Of a stretch of 64,000 nucleotides of DNA, positions 38,330 through 51,324 are shown piece by piece. The DNA comes from Narcine bancroftii (lineage: Eukaryota). The notes under the pieces were generated by a model, which was not told the DNA's origin, did not search any database, and saw nothing but the letters and a program-made list of their open reading frames with translations. Location: positions 453,158,001-453,222,000 of the forward strand of contig NC_091469.1 of assembly GCF_036971445.1 (NCBI RefSeq), read 5' to 3'. A program made the position numbers and the translations under genes. The first letter of the stretch is position 1, and the number at the start of each line of letters is the position of its first letter.

Positions 38330-39470
38330 CCAGTGGGTTGCAGTAACTGTCAGTGGAGAGCTTGTCTCCTGAAATAGTGAGGGAGATAACGAGAACCAAA
38401 AAAGAGGGGAATCAGAAATGGTCCAAGCGATTCTGAAAGTAGGGTGGGCCAGTCGCAGGTCCTGACAAGAAGCGACACCAACCTAGTCATCGATATAACC
38501 GAGAAGGAGTTGGGGAGTGGTACCAGAGAAGGTTTGGAACAAGAACAGTTGTGCGTAGACAACAGAAAAACTGGTATAGGTGAGGCCCATGTGAGTGCCC
38601 GTGGGTTTGATTTGCAGGAAGTAAGAAGAGTCAAAAGGGAAGCTGTTCATTGAAAGAACAAATGTGACCAGGCAGAATAAAGTGTTGGTGCAGGGGAATG
38701 AGTTGGATCTTTGTTGTAGAAAGATGTGGAGGGCTGTAATATTTTTCTGATGGGGGATGAAGGTGTCTAAAGATTAAACATCCATAGTGTTGATGAGGTG
38801 GTGGGGACCAGGAAGTTATCAAAATGGTGGAGGTGCAGTATGTCCCAGATGTAGGTGGGAAGGGACTGTAAACAAGGAGAGACAGGATAAAATCGAGGTA
38901 CAAGGAGTTATAAGTTCAGTGGGGAAGAACAGGAAGAATCAATGGGCCTGTCTGGTCAATCCAATTTGTGAATCTTGGGTAAGAGATAAAAGCAGTAAAT
39001 GTGGGATTGGGCACCATCAGGTTGGAGACTGTGGAGAGGTGATCTCCTCGTGTGTAATGAGATTTGTGCAGGGCAGGGGACAGCAGCCTTGAGTTTGCTG
39101 GAGGCACCGTGGTTCTGTGGTGGGCATGAAGATTTCTGAGGTCCTTTGGCCTCTGCAAGGCAGAGTTCAGTCTGACAAAGTACAATGGCATCTCCTCTAT
39201 CTTTTGATTTGATGACTAGGCTGGAATTGATGCAAAGTGAGAGGAGTGCAGTGCATTTAAATGGAATGAAGTTGGGGGTCGGTGAGCAGAATGGAGAAGT
39301 CAAGGGCACTGATGTCACAACGCCATTGGAAATAATGTCTAGATGTAGCTTCGGGAATGAAGAGTCCTGGTACTGTTCTCCCCCATGTATCTTTCACTTG
39401 AGGACATTAGAGGACAGTCTGGGTAATAGTTTATTCAATCACTCTTGAAAGTACTGCTCCACATCTGCCT
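38330..39470 (-). mobile_element. Decayed Penelope-like RT region
   Basis: LVIKSKDRGDAIV (cf. IKPADKGGAVV), FYLLPKIHK, GTHMG...GYIDD-like motifs. Confidence 0.75.
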
Positions 39471-41349
39471 AATAAAGGTCATGGTTCATGGTCGACATGT
39501 CTCTGCTACCCTACTTGCCCACTGTGACTTCAGTAGCCTGTGCAAAAGGCAAAAACCACTCACTTGATAGTTGGATGGTTTTCTTCTTAAATGAACAGCA
39601 AATGAACAATGATCCCTCAGAGAAAATCAGCCCCAGAGTAGCAGCAAACCAAAGCCAATGTAACTTGATGGGACTCCTTCATGGGAAAATGTAAAATTTG
39701 ATCAGACTGTTACTGTCACCAACTTTGCTGTAGTTCTTGAATGTGGACATTTATTTAAATCAAAGCTGCAAGTCTCCCTCAACATCTCCTTCTGCTCCTC
39801 CCATTAATTTTGCAGTTCTTTCATCTATGGGCATCTGAAAGCAATAATTTTATCCTTATGGTTGTTCAATAAAACTACGTCCACCATGCACTTAAAGATA
39901 GTGCCACATTCACACCCTGAGTGGACATGTAACAGTATCAGTTCGTTCCAATGGAGATGGTAGCAAATTTGCATTCAAAATCCTGGAACTGCTTAAAATA
40001 ACACAGGGAGAGTTTTTGAAGTAGTGATCTAATTTGCATTTCTTCCTGTTCTCTGTCCAATGACATTAATTTGGTGTCAGCTATGGTCAAAGGTACTATG
40101 TACTGGATTAGTCCTTTGGGCAAGGTGTAGATTAGAGGTGAGGGAGAGAAACTCCAAGGAAATATCTGACATATAATCATTTTAGGAAATATGCCCTTTG
40201 TGACTCAGACACGACTCTTCCCCACTGAACTTATCTCCTGTGGCTGAACAACATGGGCAGAGAGGCAGGAATTTTAGTTGATTTCACAACAGATTTTCCC
40301 CTCTCTACTCTTATTAGGTACAGTTTCACCAAGTGGTCACATGCGTATCAAAAGTCAGATGATTCTGAGTAAATTTACATTGCTCAGCACAACATTGTGG
40401 GCTATAATGTCCTGCATTCTATGTACTTATCCACAAAGAGCATAACAACTGTGCCCGTCCTTGGCTGCCCACCCATGCTTATTGCAGACTCACAGGACGT
40501 TTATCAGAAGCAGAAAGCTTGATTGATGTTCTCCTTTCCCTAATCTAGAGGCTCGTTAGAACTACAGAGAGGAGCGAAACACGAAAGTCTATTCTTGTAG
40601 TCAAAACACAGAAATGCTGGAGGAACTCAGCTGGCCTCGCAGCATCCATCAGAGGTAAAGATGTATTACCAACGTTTTGGGCCTGAGCCCTTCCTTAAGG
40701 TATGTGTGAAAAATGACCAGGTCCATTGATAGATCTATGGGGAAACTTACTGGACTTCATAATTCACCAAGATTCCCACTGGGGAAAACCTGGGCATTCT
40801 GGTCTAGTAAATGTAGCAGCTCAGTCAAATCCAGTCGCTGCATTATTTAACCAGCTTAACAACTGAATATATGCTCACAATGCTCCATTTGATCACCTAT
40901 CCAGGTTAAATGTAACCAAGAAAGCTTGAAGCATTGCCAAACAAAAATTCTATTGAGACAGTCACTCATTAGTTGTAGTATGTGTACTTTATGTTTTACT
41001 TTTCTGGAGTATAGAGCAAACTTCCCCACATTTAGTGGGGGGAAAAATGCAAGCAGCTATTGTGCACAAAGAAATAAAAGTAACATTCATAACTTTTGGT
41101 TCTGAAACTTGGTTTCATTATTACTTCTTTTAACAAAAAGATTCCCACAATAAAAGAAAAGCAGAAATGTAGGATTTTATGAATCTGCACAAAGCTACCA
41201 CCAACTTGGCTCAATTTAGAGTTTTGTTTTTAGAACCATACAATTGTTGAAAACAGCAAGAACAAAGATCCATCAATCTGATCTTAAGACTTCACTCTGG
41301 CTGTGAGGATGGGGAGAACAATTTTTGCAAAGAATCACCCCAACCATCA

Positions 41350-41700
41350 GAACTCAAGAGAATAGGAGTGGGAGTAAGCTGCCAGGCCTCTCAAGCCTGT
41401 CCCACCATTCAATGTAATCATGGCTTATCTATGCTGGCCTCGTCTCCTCTTCAGGCTCCTCCCAGACTCCCAATGCCTCAAATCTTTATCTGTCTTCATT
41501 TTAAATCCAACCCCCTGATTTCCACCTGAAGAAGAATATAACACAACGGAAGCCCCTTCCGGATCATGAAACTATGCCGCCCAATTAACCTCACCACACT
41601 GTAAGTTTGGGAAGGTAGGAGGAAACTGGAGGACCCAGAGAAAACCCACGGGGAGAACATACAAACAACACCTTCCAGAAAGCGGCACATGATTCCTGTT
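41350..41700 (-). mobile_element. CR1 tail fragment followed by a V-SINE-like element
   Basis: aataggagtgggagta..ccattcaatgtaatcatggct (CR1 tail); ggaggaaactggaggacccagagaaaacccacgggaga (V-domain). Confidence 0.65.
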
Positions 41701-42309
41701 GAACTGACAGCTCAGTCTCAGCCCAAGTGTTGTGTTCAGCCCTGGGGACCAGAAGGATGGGTAGGCCCAGAAGCTGAGGAGCTGTGGAGGTTCACTAGAA
41801 TTGTGCCATGAAGAAGGGAAAACACTTGTGAAGACAGATCAGGGAAGCTGGCGTCACTCTCCCCAAAGGCTTAGAGATCCAACAAAGTTCAAAATCATGA
41901 AGTAATTTAGTGAAGAAAATATGTTGAAATTGCTTCCAGTGGGAGGAAAGTTGGCAACGAGGGGCTGGAGATTTAAGGCAAAAGCCAAAAGAAGCAAAAG
42001 CTACATGAGGAAATATTTTCTCTTTTTATACAGTGAGTTTTTTGTGATCTGGAATGCACTGTGATAAAGTGCAAAGGAAGCAAATTCAACTGTAACATTC
42101 AAAAGAGAACTGGACATATATACCTGAAAGGAAACCACCTATGGGGCCGACAAAGACACCAGGACATGAGGGTTACTTGAATGAATCGGCCCAAGAATAA
42201 GCCCCAGATCATGGGTTGAATAATCTCTTCTTTTTGCACTTGTTGTCATTTCCATAAACGTTAAACAAACTGAACTTATTCTCATGAAACAAGTTTGCTT
42301 TGCAATCAT

Positions 42310-44775
42310 CATGGGCGATGTGAACCAGAGGGCCAGAGCAGATAGAGGAGAGAAAAGATGATGTTAAAATTGCATGCACCATTAGAAATCAACAGGTTGT
42401 ACGTGGCGGAAATTTTCTAACGTGCATCAATTTCAATCCAAGGAGTACTGTAGGAAAGGCAGACGAGCTTAAAGCATGTTTTGGCACATGGAATTATGAC
42501 CTTGTGGCCATTAGTGAAACTTGAGTGCAGGAGGGGCACAGCTAGCAACTCAATGTTCCTGACTTTCTTTGCTGTAGACGCAATAGAACGGAAGGGATGA
42601 AAGGGGGAGGAGAGGCATTGCTCGTCAGGGAAAATATCACAATTTTGCTCAGGAAGGACAGACCAAGGGCTCGTCTACTAAGGTTATATTGGTGGAGATG
42701 AGGAATGGGAAAGGTATGAGATTGCTATATAAATCACTGAGAATTGAAGGAGCAAATCTGTAGAGAGATAGCAGACAGCTGCAGGAAGCATAAGGTTGTG
42801 ATAGTAGGGGATTTTAATTTTCCACATGTTGACTGGGACCCACATACTGTCAAAGGGCTGGATGGCTTGGAGTTTGTCAAATGTTTTCAGGTAAGTTTGC
42901 TAAATCAATATATAGAGGTATCAACTAGTGAGAATGCAACACTGGATCTACATTTAGGGAATGAGATAGAACAGGTGACAGAAGTAGGGAACATTTTGTA
43001 GGGGAACATTTTATCGGGGAACATTTTGGGTCCGGTGATCATAATGCCATTAGTTTCAAGTTAATTATGGAGAAGGATAGGTCTGGGCCTCAGGTTGAGA
43101 TTCTAAATTGCAGAAAGGGTAGTTTTGAGGATATGAGAAAGGATCTAGTATGTGTGGATTAAGAGAAACGGTTGTCGGGCAAGGATGCGCGAGGTAAGTA
43201 GAGGACCTTCAAATGTGAAATTTTGAGAGTAGAGAGTTTGTATGTTTCTGTCAGGATCAAAGGCAAGGTTATAAGGCATAGGGAACCTTGGTTTTTGAGG
43301 GATATTGTAGACCTGGTTCAGAAGAAGAGAGAGGTGTATAGCAGGTATAGGCAACATGGAACAAATGAGGTACTTGAAGGGTATAAAAAAATGCAAGAAA
43401 AACCTCAACAAAGAAATCAGGAAGGCTAAAAGATGACATGAGGTTGGTTTAGCAGACAATGTGAAGGAAAATCCTAAAGGTTTCTACAGGTATATTAAGA
43501 GCACAAGGAGAAAATTTGTTCCCACGAAGATCAGAATGGTCAGCTTTGTATGGAGCCAAAAGAGATGAGCAAGATCTAAAACGTTTTTTTTTCATCCGTA
43601 TCAACTCAGGAAACAGACACAGATTTGTGCTTAGTAGGGAAAACTAGCAGCAAGGTCATGGCACCTATACAGATTAAAGAAGAGGAAGTGCTTGCTGTCT
43701 TGGAAGCAAATAAAGGTGGATAAATCCCCAGAGCCTGACAAGATATTCCCTCAGATCTAGTGGGAGGCTAGTGTAGAAATTGCAGGGGTTCTATCAGAAA
43801 TGTTTAAAATATCCTCAGCCATAGGTGTGATGCCAGAGGATTGGAGGGTAGCTCACATTGTTCCATTGTTTAAAAAAGGCTCCAAAAGAAACCTTGTAAA
43901 TTACAGACTGGTGAGCCTGACATCAGTAGTAGGTAAATTATTGGAAGATGTTCTAAGAGATCAGATATACAATTATTTGGATACCCAGGGACTGATTATG
44001 GTTAGTCAACATAGCTTTGTGCGTGGTAGGTCATATTTCGCCAATCTTAGAGAGTTTTCGAGGAGGATACCAGGAAAGTTGATGAAGGAAAAGCGGTGGA
44101 TGTTGTCGACATTAACTTTAGTCAAGCCTTTGACAATTAACCACATGGCAGGTTAGTCAGGAAGGTTCAGACGCTAGGTATTCATGGTGAAGAAGTGAAC
44201 TGCATTTGACAATGGTTGGATAGGAGAAGCCAGAGAGTGGTAGTAGATGATAGCTTCTCAAACTGGAGGCCTGTGACTAGTGGAGTGCCTCAGGGATCGG
44301 AGCTGGGACCATTGTTGTTTGTCATCTATATCAATTATCTGGATAATAACGTGGTAAATTGAATCAGAAAGTTTGCAGATGTCACTAAGATTGGAGGTGT
44401 TGTGAACAGCGAATAAGGTTTTCAAAGTTTACAAAGGGAGCTGGACCAGCTGGAAAAATGGGTTACAAAATGGCAGATTGAATTTAATGCAGGCAAATGT
44501 GAGTTATTGCATTTTGGAAGGAAAAACTAAGAAAGGATGTACACGGTGAATGGTAGGGCACTGAGGAGTGCAGTAAAACAAAGGGATCTGGGAATACAGA
44601 TATCTAATTCCCTGAAAGTGACATCACAGGTGAATAGAGTTGTAAAGAGAGTCCATGGCATATTGGCCTTCATAAATCAAAGTATTGAGTATAGGAGCTG
44701 GGATGTTATTGTAAAGTTGCATAAGATATTAGTGAGGCCAAATTTGGAGTATTGTGTGCAGTTTTATTCACCTAA
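42310..44775 (+). mobile_element. Decayed CR1 ORF2 (APE + RT), 3' end missing
   Basis: VIVGDFNFP, GSGDHN, EPW, PEDWRVAHIVPLFKKG, GVPQGS.LGPLLF, KFADVTK, LVRPNLEYCVQFYSP; short tandem triplication of ggggaacatttt near 42985-43030. Confidence 0.9.
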
Positions 44776-44779
44776 TGTA

Positions 44780-45260
44780 GGTGGTACACTACGGATGCTG
44801 AGGTCTCATGCAGTACACTATAGCAGAAGGTGGTTGAAGTTTTGGGCCTGATTTGCCATGATGTTGCCAGGATTAGCAGGTAAAAGCTAGCACCTGAAGA
44901 AGGGCTCAGCCCCAAAACATTGACCACTTTCTGCTTTCCATGTATGCTGTGTGACCTGCTGAACTTTTCCAGCACTTTTATGTACTGCTTAATAGAGAGG
45001 CCGGAAAGCATTCATATCGACTTCCCTGGCTTTCGTTAAACCCCTGCTTCCCCCGTCATCTCTCCATTCCCTGTCTCCTTTCGCACAGACATGATAAATT
45101 CTATCTAGCCCCTTATAACATGCAAGTAACACCTTTTGTTGGTCTGGATTCCTCCCCCATTTGAATTCTGAGACTTTCTGATATATCCTGCTTCTACCTT
45201 TTCTGATATTTCCTTGAAGAAGGGCCCAGGCCTGAAACATCAGCAATATATCTCTTATGT
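44780..45260 (+). mobile_element. Penelope-like tail fragments
   Basis: gaagaagggctcagcccc and gaagaagggcccaggcctgaaac tail motifs shared with 29190 and 30870. Confidence 0.65.
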
Positions 45261-46994
45261 TTTTTACACAGCCACTGCATTCGAGGAAATTATTGCCATT
45301 TTCCCTGAGTGCATGTTGTGTAAAAAGGTCGGAATGGGAATGAGGGTGCCATTCCCGTTCCGTTATTTTACCTGCTAGACCCCTAGTAAATTTCCCAGAA
45401 TGCCTGCAGTCTGAAGTTACCTGCAGCCATTCTGTGAACAACGGGCTAATGTATAGCGCGTATCAATGAAACTCGTTGCAAGTCCCGCCTCTTGAATTAC
45501 CACACTTCCAGTATGCTGTCTAAACTCACGTAAGGAAATGGAGATTTTGAGTTTTGGTCGTTCATGTGTGAACATTCGTCAGACCAGTAAAATCATGCAA
45601 ATTCGAACTAAGAAACATATTTGTCTCCTATTGATGCTGAAACGACCAGCTGAGTTCCTCGAGCATTTCTGTGTGTTTACTACAACAATATCGTCTGCAG
45701 CCCTATCGTGTTTCACTCTTCACTTCAGTTGTATATTTAATATTTTTAATTATTTGCCGTTAAAACTTGAAAGGAATAAAATTGACCCTTTTGGTTCTTT
45801 TAATACTGTCTTATCTCTTCCAGCTGTGATGGATTCTGGAAGTGAGATGGCAGCACACCAGTGGAAGAGGAAATTAAATAAGATCAGAACACTGATCTTT
45901 CTATCTCGCAGCCAAAGTTAGACAGTATTAAAAGCATCGGTAAAGCTGTTTCTGATCATCAACAAAGAAGCACAATCCAAAAGATTTGCAGCTCATAAAG
46001 TAGGTTAAGACAAATTGAAAATAGGAGGAATTTATTATTTTTTTTAAATCAGCTCCTTAATCAACTTTCCTCCATTAGCAAAGAGCGACCGCTCAGTGAA
46101 CCAATGCACAATCACTCCCGGTCATACCCCAATCCTTCCAGGAATCTACTCCAGCAGAACTAATCAGGACATGATCACTAGAGTAGTTTTGAGTGCCTCC
46201 AGACTGAAACATCCAAGATAGGCCCAGATAGAATGCATCAAGCTGTGGAGATTCACTTGTCAACACGTTTCTCGTGCTGATGATCCACTGTGCTCTGTTT
46301 TAACAGATGTTTCACATAACTGCCAGGAGTGTCACCAGCAGAGGTCAGCGAACAGAATATTTTCCCTCTCTGAGTCATCTCATGTTCAAGAGGCGTCACA
46401 ACAAAGAAGCCCACATGAAATCTCACAAGAAACTTGCTGCATTAAAATACACCAATCACTAATCTAGAACAACAAGAGTTTTACTTTTAAAATAATTATC
46501 CATCTAAACAATCTTTACTGCGCGCTTTGCCTTGGGGAAAGTTTCTTGGCACCAATGCATAACTTTTGGGAGATGTAAGGACAATGTGGCTGACTTAGCC
46601 ACTGGTGAGAACACAGGGGAGGCATGCAAAGGAAAACTAAAATAACCAAATAACCACATCATCCAAAATAGAGGATTCTTAGTGTGCTCGAGCCTAGGCT
46701 CTACATGATATAAATCACACTCGGATCCGTGAGTTGGAACAAAGAGGTCAGCGGGAATGGGTGAATTTCAGGGCCCCCTCCAAACAACCCTGTGACATAG
46801 ATTATTACTTCTTCATTGTCACTGTGTGCAAATCACAAAACATTGAGAGGTTTATCAGTTCTTAGCTGTCCTCAAAGACAATCCACTCACTTTATTTAAT
46901 GATCAATAAACAAACTGCCACGTTCAGCTTAACAAAATGGCTACACTCTTCAGTTCTTCATCCCCACCTCCCATCACTTCTCGGTCACCCTCAC

Positions 46995-47812
46995 CTGGTT
47001 TCTGGATCATTTGGTGTCGCTGTGGCCCCACTGTAACCTGCCATGTGCTTCTCAGCTGAAAATGCTGCCATGTCAGAAATAGGTGGCGAAGACGTAGCAC
47101 TGTGCGACTTGATCGCGGCTGTTTCCATAAACATAGGTGGCCCAGAGTCTTTCCTGAGAGAGTTCCGGACAGAAGAGGACCGGTCAAGCTGGGTTGGATG
47201 AGCCATGTGAGCACTTGGTCCATGAAGATCTATCATGCGCATGTCACTGAGCTTCTGGGGAGAAGCCGGAGGTGTTTTGGAGTTAACTGGCGGAGTATAG
47301 CCATCAGAATATTTTCTGGGCTTTGTTCTGTACAAGGACTGCTCCATCATGTCACCTTGTCCACCAGTGCTTGGATATACATTTCCAGATCTCATTGAAG
47401 GCCGAAGGTACAGCATGTGGTCGGGTACATCCCCAGGAATTCCAGCACTGGATGAGGCTATGCTCATTCGTCCGTCATGATACATGTAGGGATCGGCATA
47501 CAGACCTTCGTTTCTGAAGAGGGGAATGTTTTTACCACTCAGATCTTCATCTGGCTTGACATCTCTCCTCTCCAAGATGGCACTCGGACTAGGGGATATA
47601 GACCTTGATGGCGGCATACTGGACAGTTTGTCTCGAGGGACTGTGGCACTTCCTGGCATAAGTATGGTTCTTCCTCCATTATATAGGATCCTGGATGGTG
47701 AAGGTGGCATTGACTGAGTTATTGGTGGTGAATTTGGGGGCCCATGTGGAAGTGGACCATGGTGGCGGAAGGAAGGAGGAGCTTCTTTTGTGTACGCCAT
47801 CTCTCTTTGCAT
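46995..47812 (-). CDS. KIAA1217: KIAA1217/sickle tail protein homolog, large internal coding exon (818 nt, phase 0 to 2)
   Basis: Translation MQREMAY...SPSPSAILERRDVKPDEDLSGKN...NEGLYADPY..DGRMSIASS..DVPDH..EQSLYR.K.RKY..SKTPPASP..ETR matches KIAA1217 as recalled; DVPDH, EQSLYR and SKTPPASP favour KIAA1217 over SRCIN1. Acceptor tttcccag|ATG at 47812; donor ACCAG|gtgagg at 46995. Confidence 0.95.
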
Positions 47813-48580
47813 CTGGGAAAACGAAAGGAAGATTACTTTAGGAGAATGCTTTCACTTAAGCCATCCTGACCTTGGACATAGTGCGGGCAGTTAATATGTG
47901 TTCAAATAAAACTATGCAGTGTACAAAAATAGGCTCACATTCCACTCTGTAATTCACACATTGGTGGGCAGCAGTCATGGGAGGTTTAAAACAGATGCTT
48001 AAACTCCGGCACTTCTGAATAGCATAATCTGGAGAGTTTAGAAAACATCCCTAAACAGATAGAGTAGACGGAGCCAAAAGGCAAGACCTACTTCCTACCA
48101 TCTTGTAATCCTAATTGCTTATAGCACCCCAGAAGTCAATTAAGTATTGTAAGTGATTCATCAAAATCTGCCACTTCCATCACAGTCCAGCTCCACAGTA
48201 CTGGTGGACTCCAGCAGACACACTTTTATCACATGCTCACCAGGTCACCCATCCATACATTCTCACAACATTGGTTTTGCTGGACCCCATGGCCTCTCCT
48301 AATTTTGATGGTACCTCGTACAATCTGTGCTTCACCTCAACCCCACACAATACCATGTTGCACACCCAGAATTTTAGGACAAACAGTGGCCCAAATACAG
48401 GCACTGGGTAATTACAGTGTACATTTCCCTCCAATCTGAAAAAAATCACCTTTCACTGCTCTGTTTCCTGTTACTTGGCTAATCTTCTACCCACAGACAC
48501 TTCTATTCCATGGGCCTCAATTTTGATGAAAAGCCTGTTATATGACACCTGCAAGTCCATAGAAACAGTACTAACTACAT

Positions 48581-48970
48581 CAGTGGTTCTCAACCTTTTT
48601 CTTTCCACTCACATCCCACTTTAAGTATTCCCTATGCCATAGGTGATCAGTCAGGGATTGCTTAAGGTGGGATGTGGGTGGAAAGAAAAGGTTTAAAAAC
48701 CATTGTTTTAATCGTACCTAATTGGCTCGTTGCGTGCACAGTTTCATAACTCCAAAGGAAATGGGCCAATGGATGTTGTGGTAAAGTTGTATGAGACATT
48801 TTCTCAAGCAAAATATTTCAGTACCAATTGGGTCTAGAGCAGTGATTCCCATCCTTCCCTTCCCATTCACATACCACCTTAAGCAATCCCTTACTAATCA
48901 CAGAGCACCAATGGCATAGGGATTACTTAACGTGGTATGTGAGTGGAAAGAAAAAGGTTGAGAAACACTG
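48581..48970. mobile_element. Compound hAT MITE with 8-bp TSD
   Basis: TIRs CAGTGGTTCTCAACCTTTTTCTTTCCACTCAC...GTGAGTGGAAAGAAAAAGGTTGAGAAACACTG; TSD aactacat (48573-48580) / aactatat (48971-48978). Confidence 0.92.
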
Positions 48971-49814
48971 AACTATATATCTTTCATTGATGAAGTAACA
49001 GGGACAAAAATGTTCCCATCAAATAACTTATTTGCTTTTGTACATCAACTACCTTCATGATATGGGCAACGGCTACAATTTTACCGTAAATAAGTTTCAT
49101 TTTTGAGTGACACAAGAACCCGCAAATAATGTTACAGAATGTGCAGTTATAGCTGACAGGTCTGAACACTAACGCTTTTGGCGACTTATCAAATTCTCCA
49201 ACTGAATTCAAGTTTCTTTCATGACATATCACCAATATCAGTAAGTAAGATGAACCAATGAGATAAAACAAATAAAACTTTTCAACATTTACTTCACCCA
49301 CTGATCCTTAAAATAAACTTGCCAAAGTGGACTCAAAATTTCAGTTTATAAAATGTATATTAAATATGCATAATATAGTTTACATAAATTTACCACTGAA
49401 TTGCCTTGCACATCAGAGTAAATTCACTCCCATTATAACCATGAGCAAAAAGCCCTCTCCTCAACTATTTTTGCTTGCAATTAATATTTCAGTGCAACTG
49501 TTTTTTTTAAAACCAACCCTAAACCTTCTGAGGATATGCCAATCTCTACATGCCCCGTAAAAGTGATGATGAATTTTGCCTTTAAACCATTACTTCCATA
49601 ATGGCTTGAGACAGGGTTGGGGTTAGGAAAGAGAAAACTATGTTGGTGGTTACTCCAAGTGCACTTTTAAGATCATACAGAAAAATTACAAATTGTTATT
49701 GCCTAAAAAAGGGCATATTCCACAATTTGAATGTTGAGTGAATTTTTATGTGCTAGTATTGACCAAATAAAACAGGACAGCACAATTCACAACCTTTATG
49801 TTGTACTTGATTAT

Positions 49815-50870
49815 AGGAGCCCATGGGATTACGAGAAAAGACAGAGGATTGACTGACTGACAGAAGGCAGAGTGGGAATAAAGGGCCCTTTTCTGGCTGG
49901 CTGATGTTGACTAGTGGTGCTCCACAGGGGCCAATTACTTTTCATCCTGTATGTAAATAATTTATATGATGGAGTTAATGGCTTTGTGGCCAAGTTTGTG
50001 AATTATACAAAGGTAGGTAGAAGGCAGGGTGGTGTTGAGGATGCAGGGAATCTGCAGAGGGGCTTGGGACAGGTTGGCAAAGAAGTGGCAGACGAAATAT
50101 ATTGTTGGGAAATGTGTAGTCATGCATTTTGGGGGAAGGAACAAAGAAGTACACTATTTTCTAAGTGGGGAGAAAATTCAGAAACCAGGCCCAAATGGAC
50201 CTGGGAGACCTCGTGCAAGAATCCCTAAAGGTTAACTTTCTGGTTGAGTCAGTAGTAAGGAAGCCAAATGCAAGAAGACCAGAATATAAAAGCAATGATG
50301 CAATGCTGAGACTTTAGTAAGGCAGTGGTCCATCCACATTTGGAATATTGTGAGCAATTTTAGGCCCCATATCTCAAGAAGGATGAGCTGGGATTGGAGA
50401 GTGTCCAGAGGACATGATCTCAAGGTTGAGAGAGTTAATGTATGAGGAGCATTAGATGGTTCTGTGCCTGTACCTGCTGGGGTTTGGAAGGACTGAGAGG
50501 GGCTCTCATTGAAATGCGCCAAATATTGAAAGAGCTGAATGGAATGGATGTGGAGAAAATGTTTTCAGTGGTGAGAGAGAGTCCAGGAAAAGAGGGAACA
50601 GCCTCAGAATAAAAGGACATCCCTTTAGAACAAAGATGAGGAGAAATTTATTTTCCAGAGGATGGTGAATCTATGGAATTCATTGCCACAGACAGCTGTG
50701 GAAGCTGTCATTGGGGATATTTAAAGCAGAGATTGATAGGTTCTCTGTGAGTAAGAGCATCAAATGTTGTGAGGAGGCAGGAGAATGGGATTGAAAAGAA
50801 AAATGAATCAGGCATGATTTGAATGATAAAGCAGACCTGATGGGATAAATAGCTAAATTGTACTCCTCAG
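49815..50870 (+). mobile_element. Degraded CR1 RT/3' fragment
   Basis: YVNNLYDG..VAKF..YTKV, KKWQ..Y.VGKCVVMHFG, PHLEYCEQF. Confidence 0.8.
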
Positions 50871-51324
50871 ACTTAGAGAGCCGGGCAAGGAACCATACAG
50901 CCCACTATGTCCACGCTGCCCATTAGTAACTATCCCTATTCATTCCATTTCCTAAACTTGGTCCAATTCACAGTTCGATACATCTGCAATGTGGTGGGAT
51001 TACTTGCCTTCACCACCCTGTCAGGCAGTGCATTCTAAATTCAAACAAAGCACTGGTGTAAAATTTCTTACTCAGATTGCCGCTAAACCTCTTATCTTAA
51101 ACCAATAACCTCTAGTATTAGACACCGCAATTATTGGGAGTGGTTTCTTATTTTAAAAACTGTTTTTCCCCTCGTAATTTTGTGAACCTCAATTCAGATC
51201 TCCCTCAGCGCTCCAATGACATTAACATAGATTTCTCCAATTTCTGTTAACCACCCCCCCCCCCACCAATGTCTCCTATCCTGCAGCTCTGTCCCTTTCT
51301 CTTCTCTTTTCCCTTCCCAAACAT

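Noticed and set aside
46995-47812. SRCIN1 (p140Cap) as the gene identity
   Set aside because: Family motifs are shared, but DVPDH, EQSLYR..RKY, SKTPPASP and QSALFKG fit KIAA1217 better. This is from recall; a phylogeny or synteny check would be decisive.
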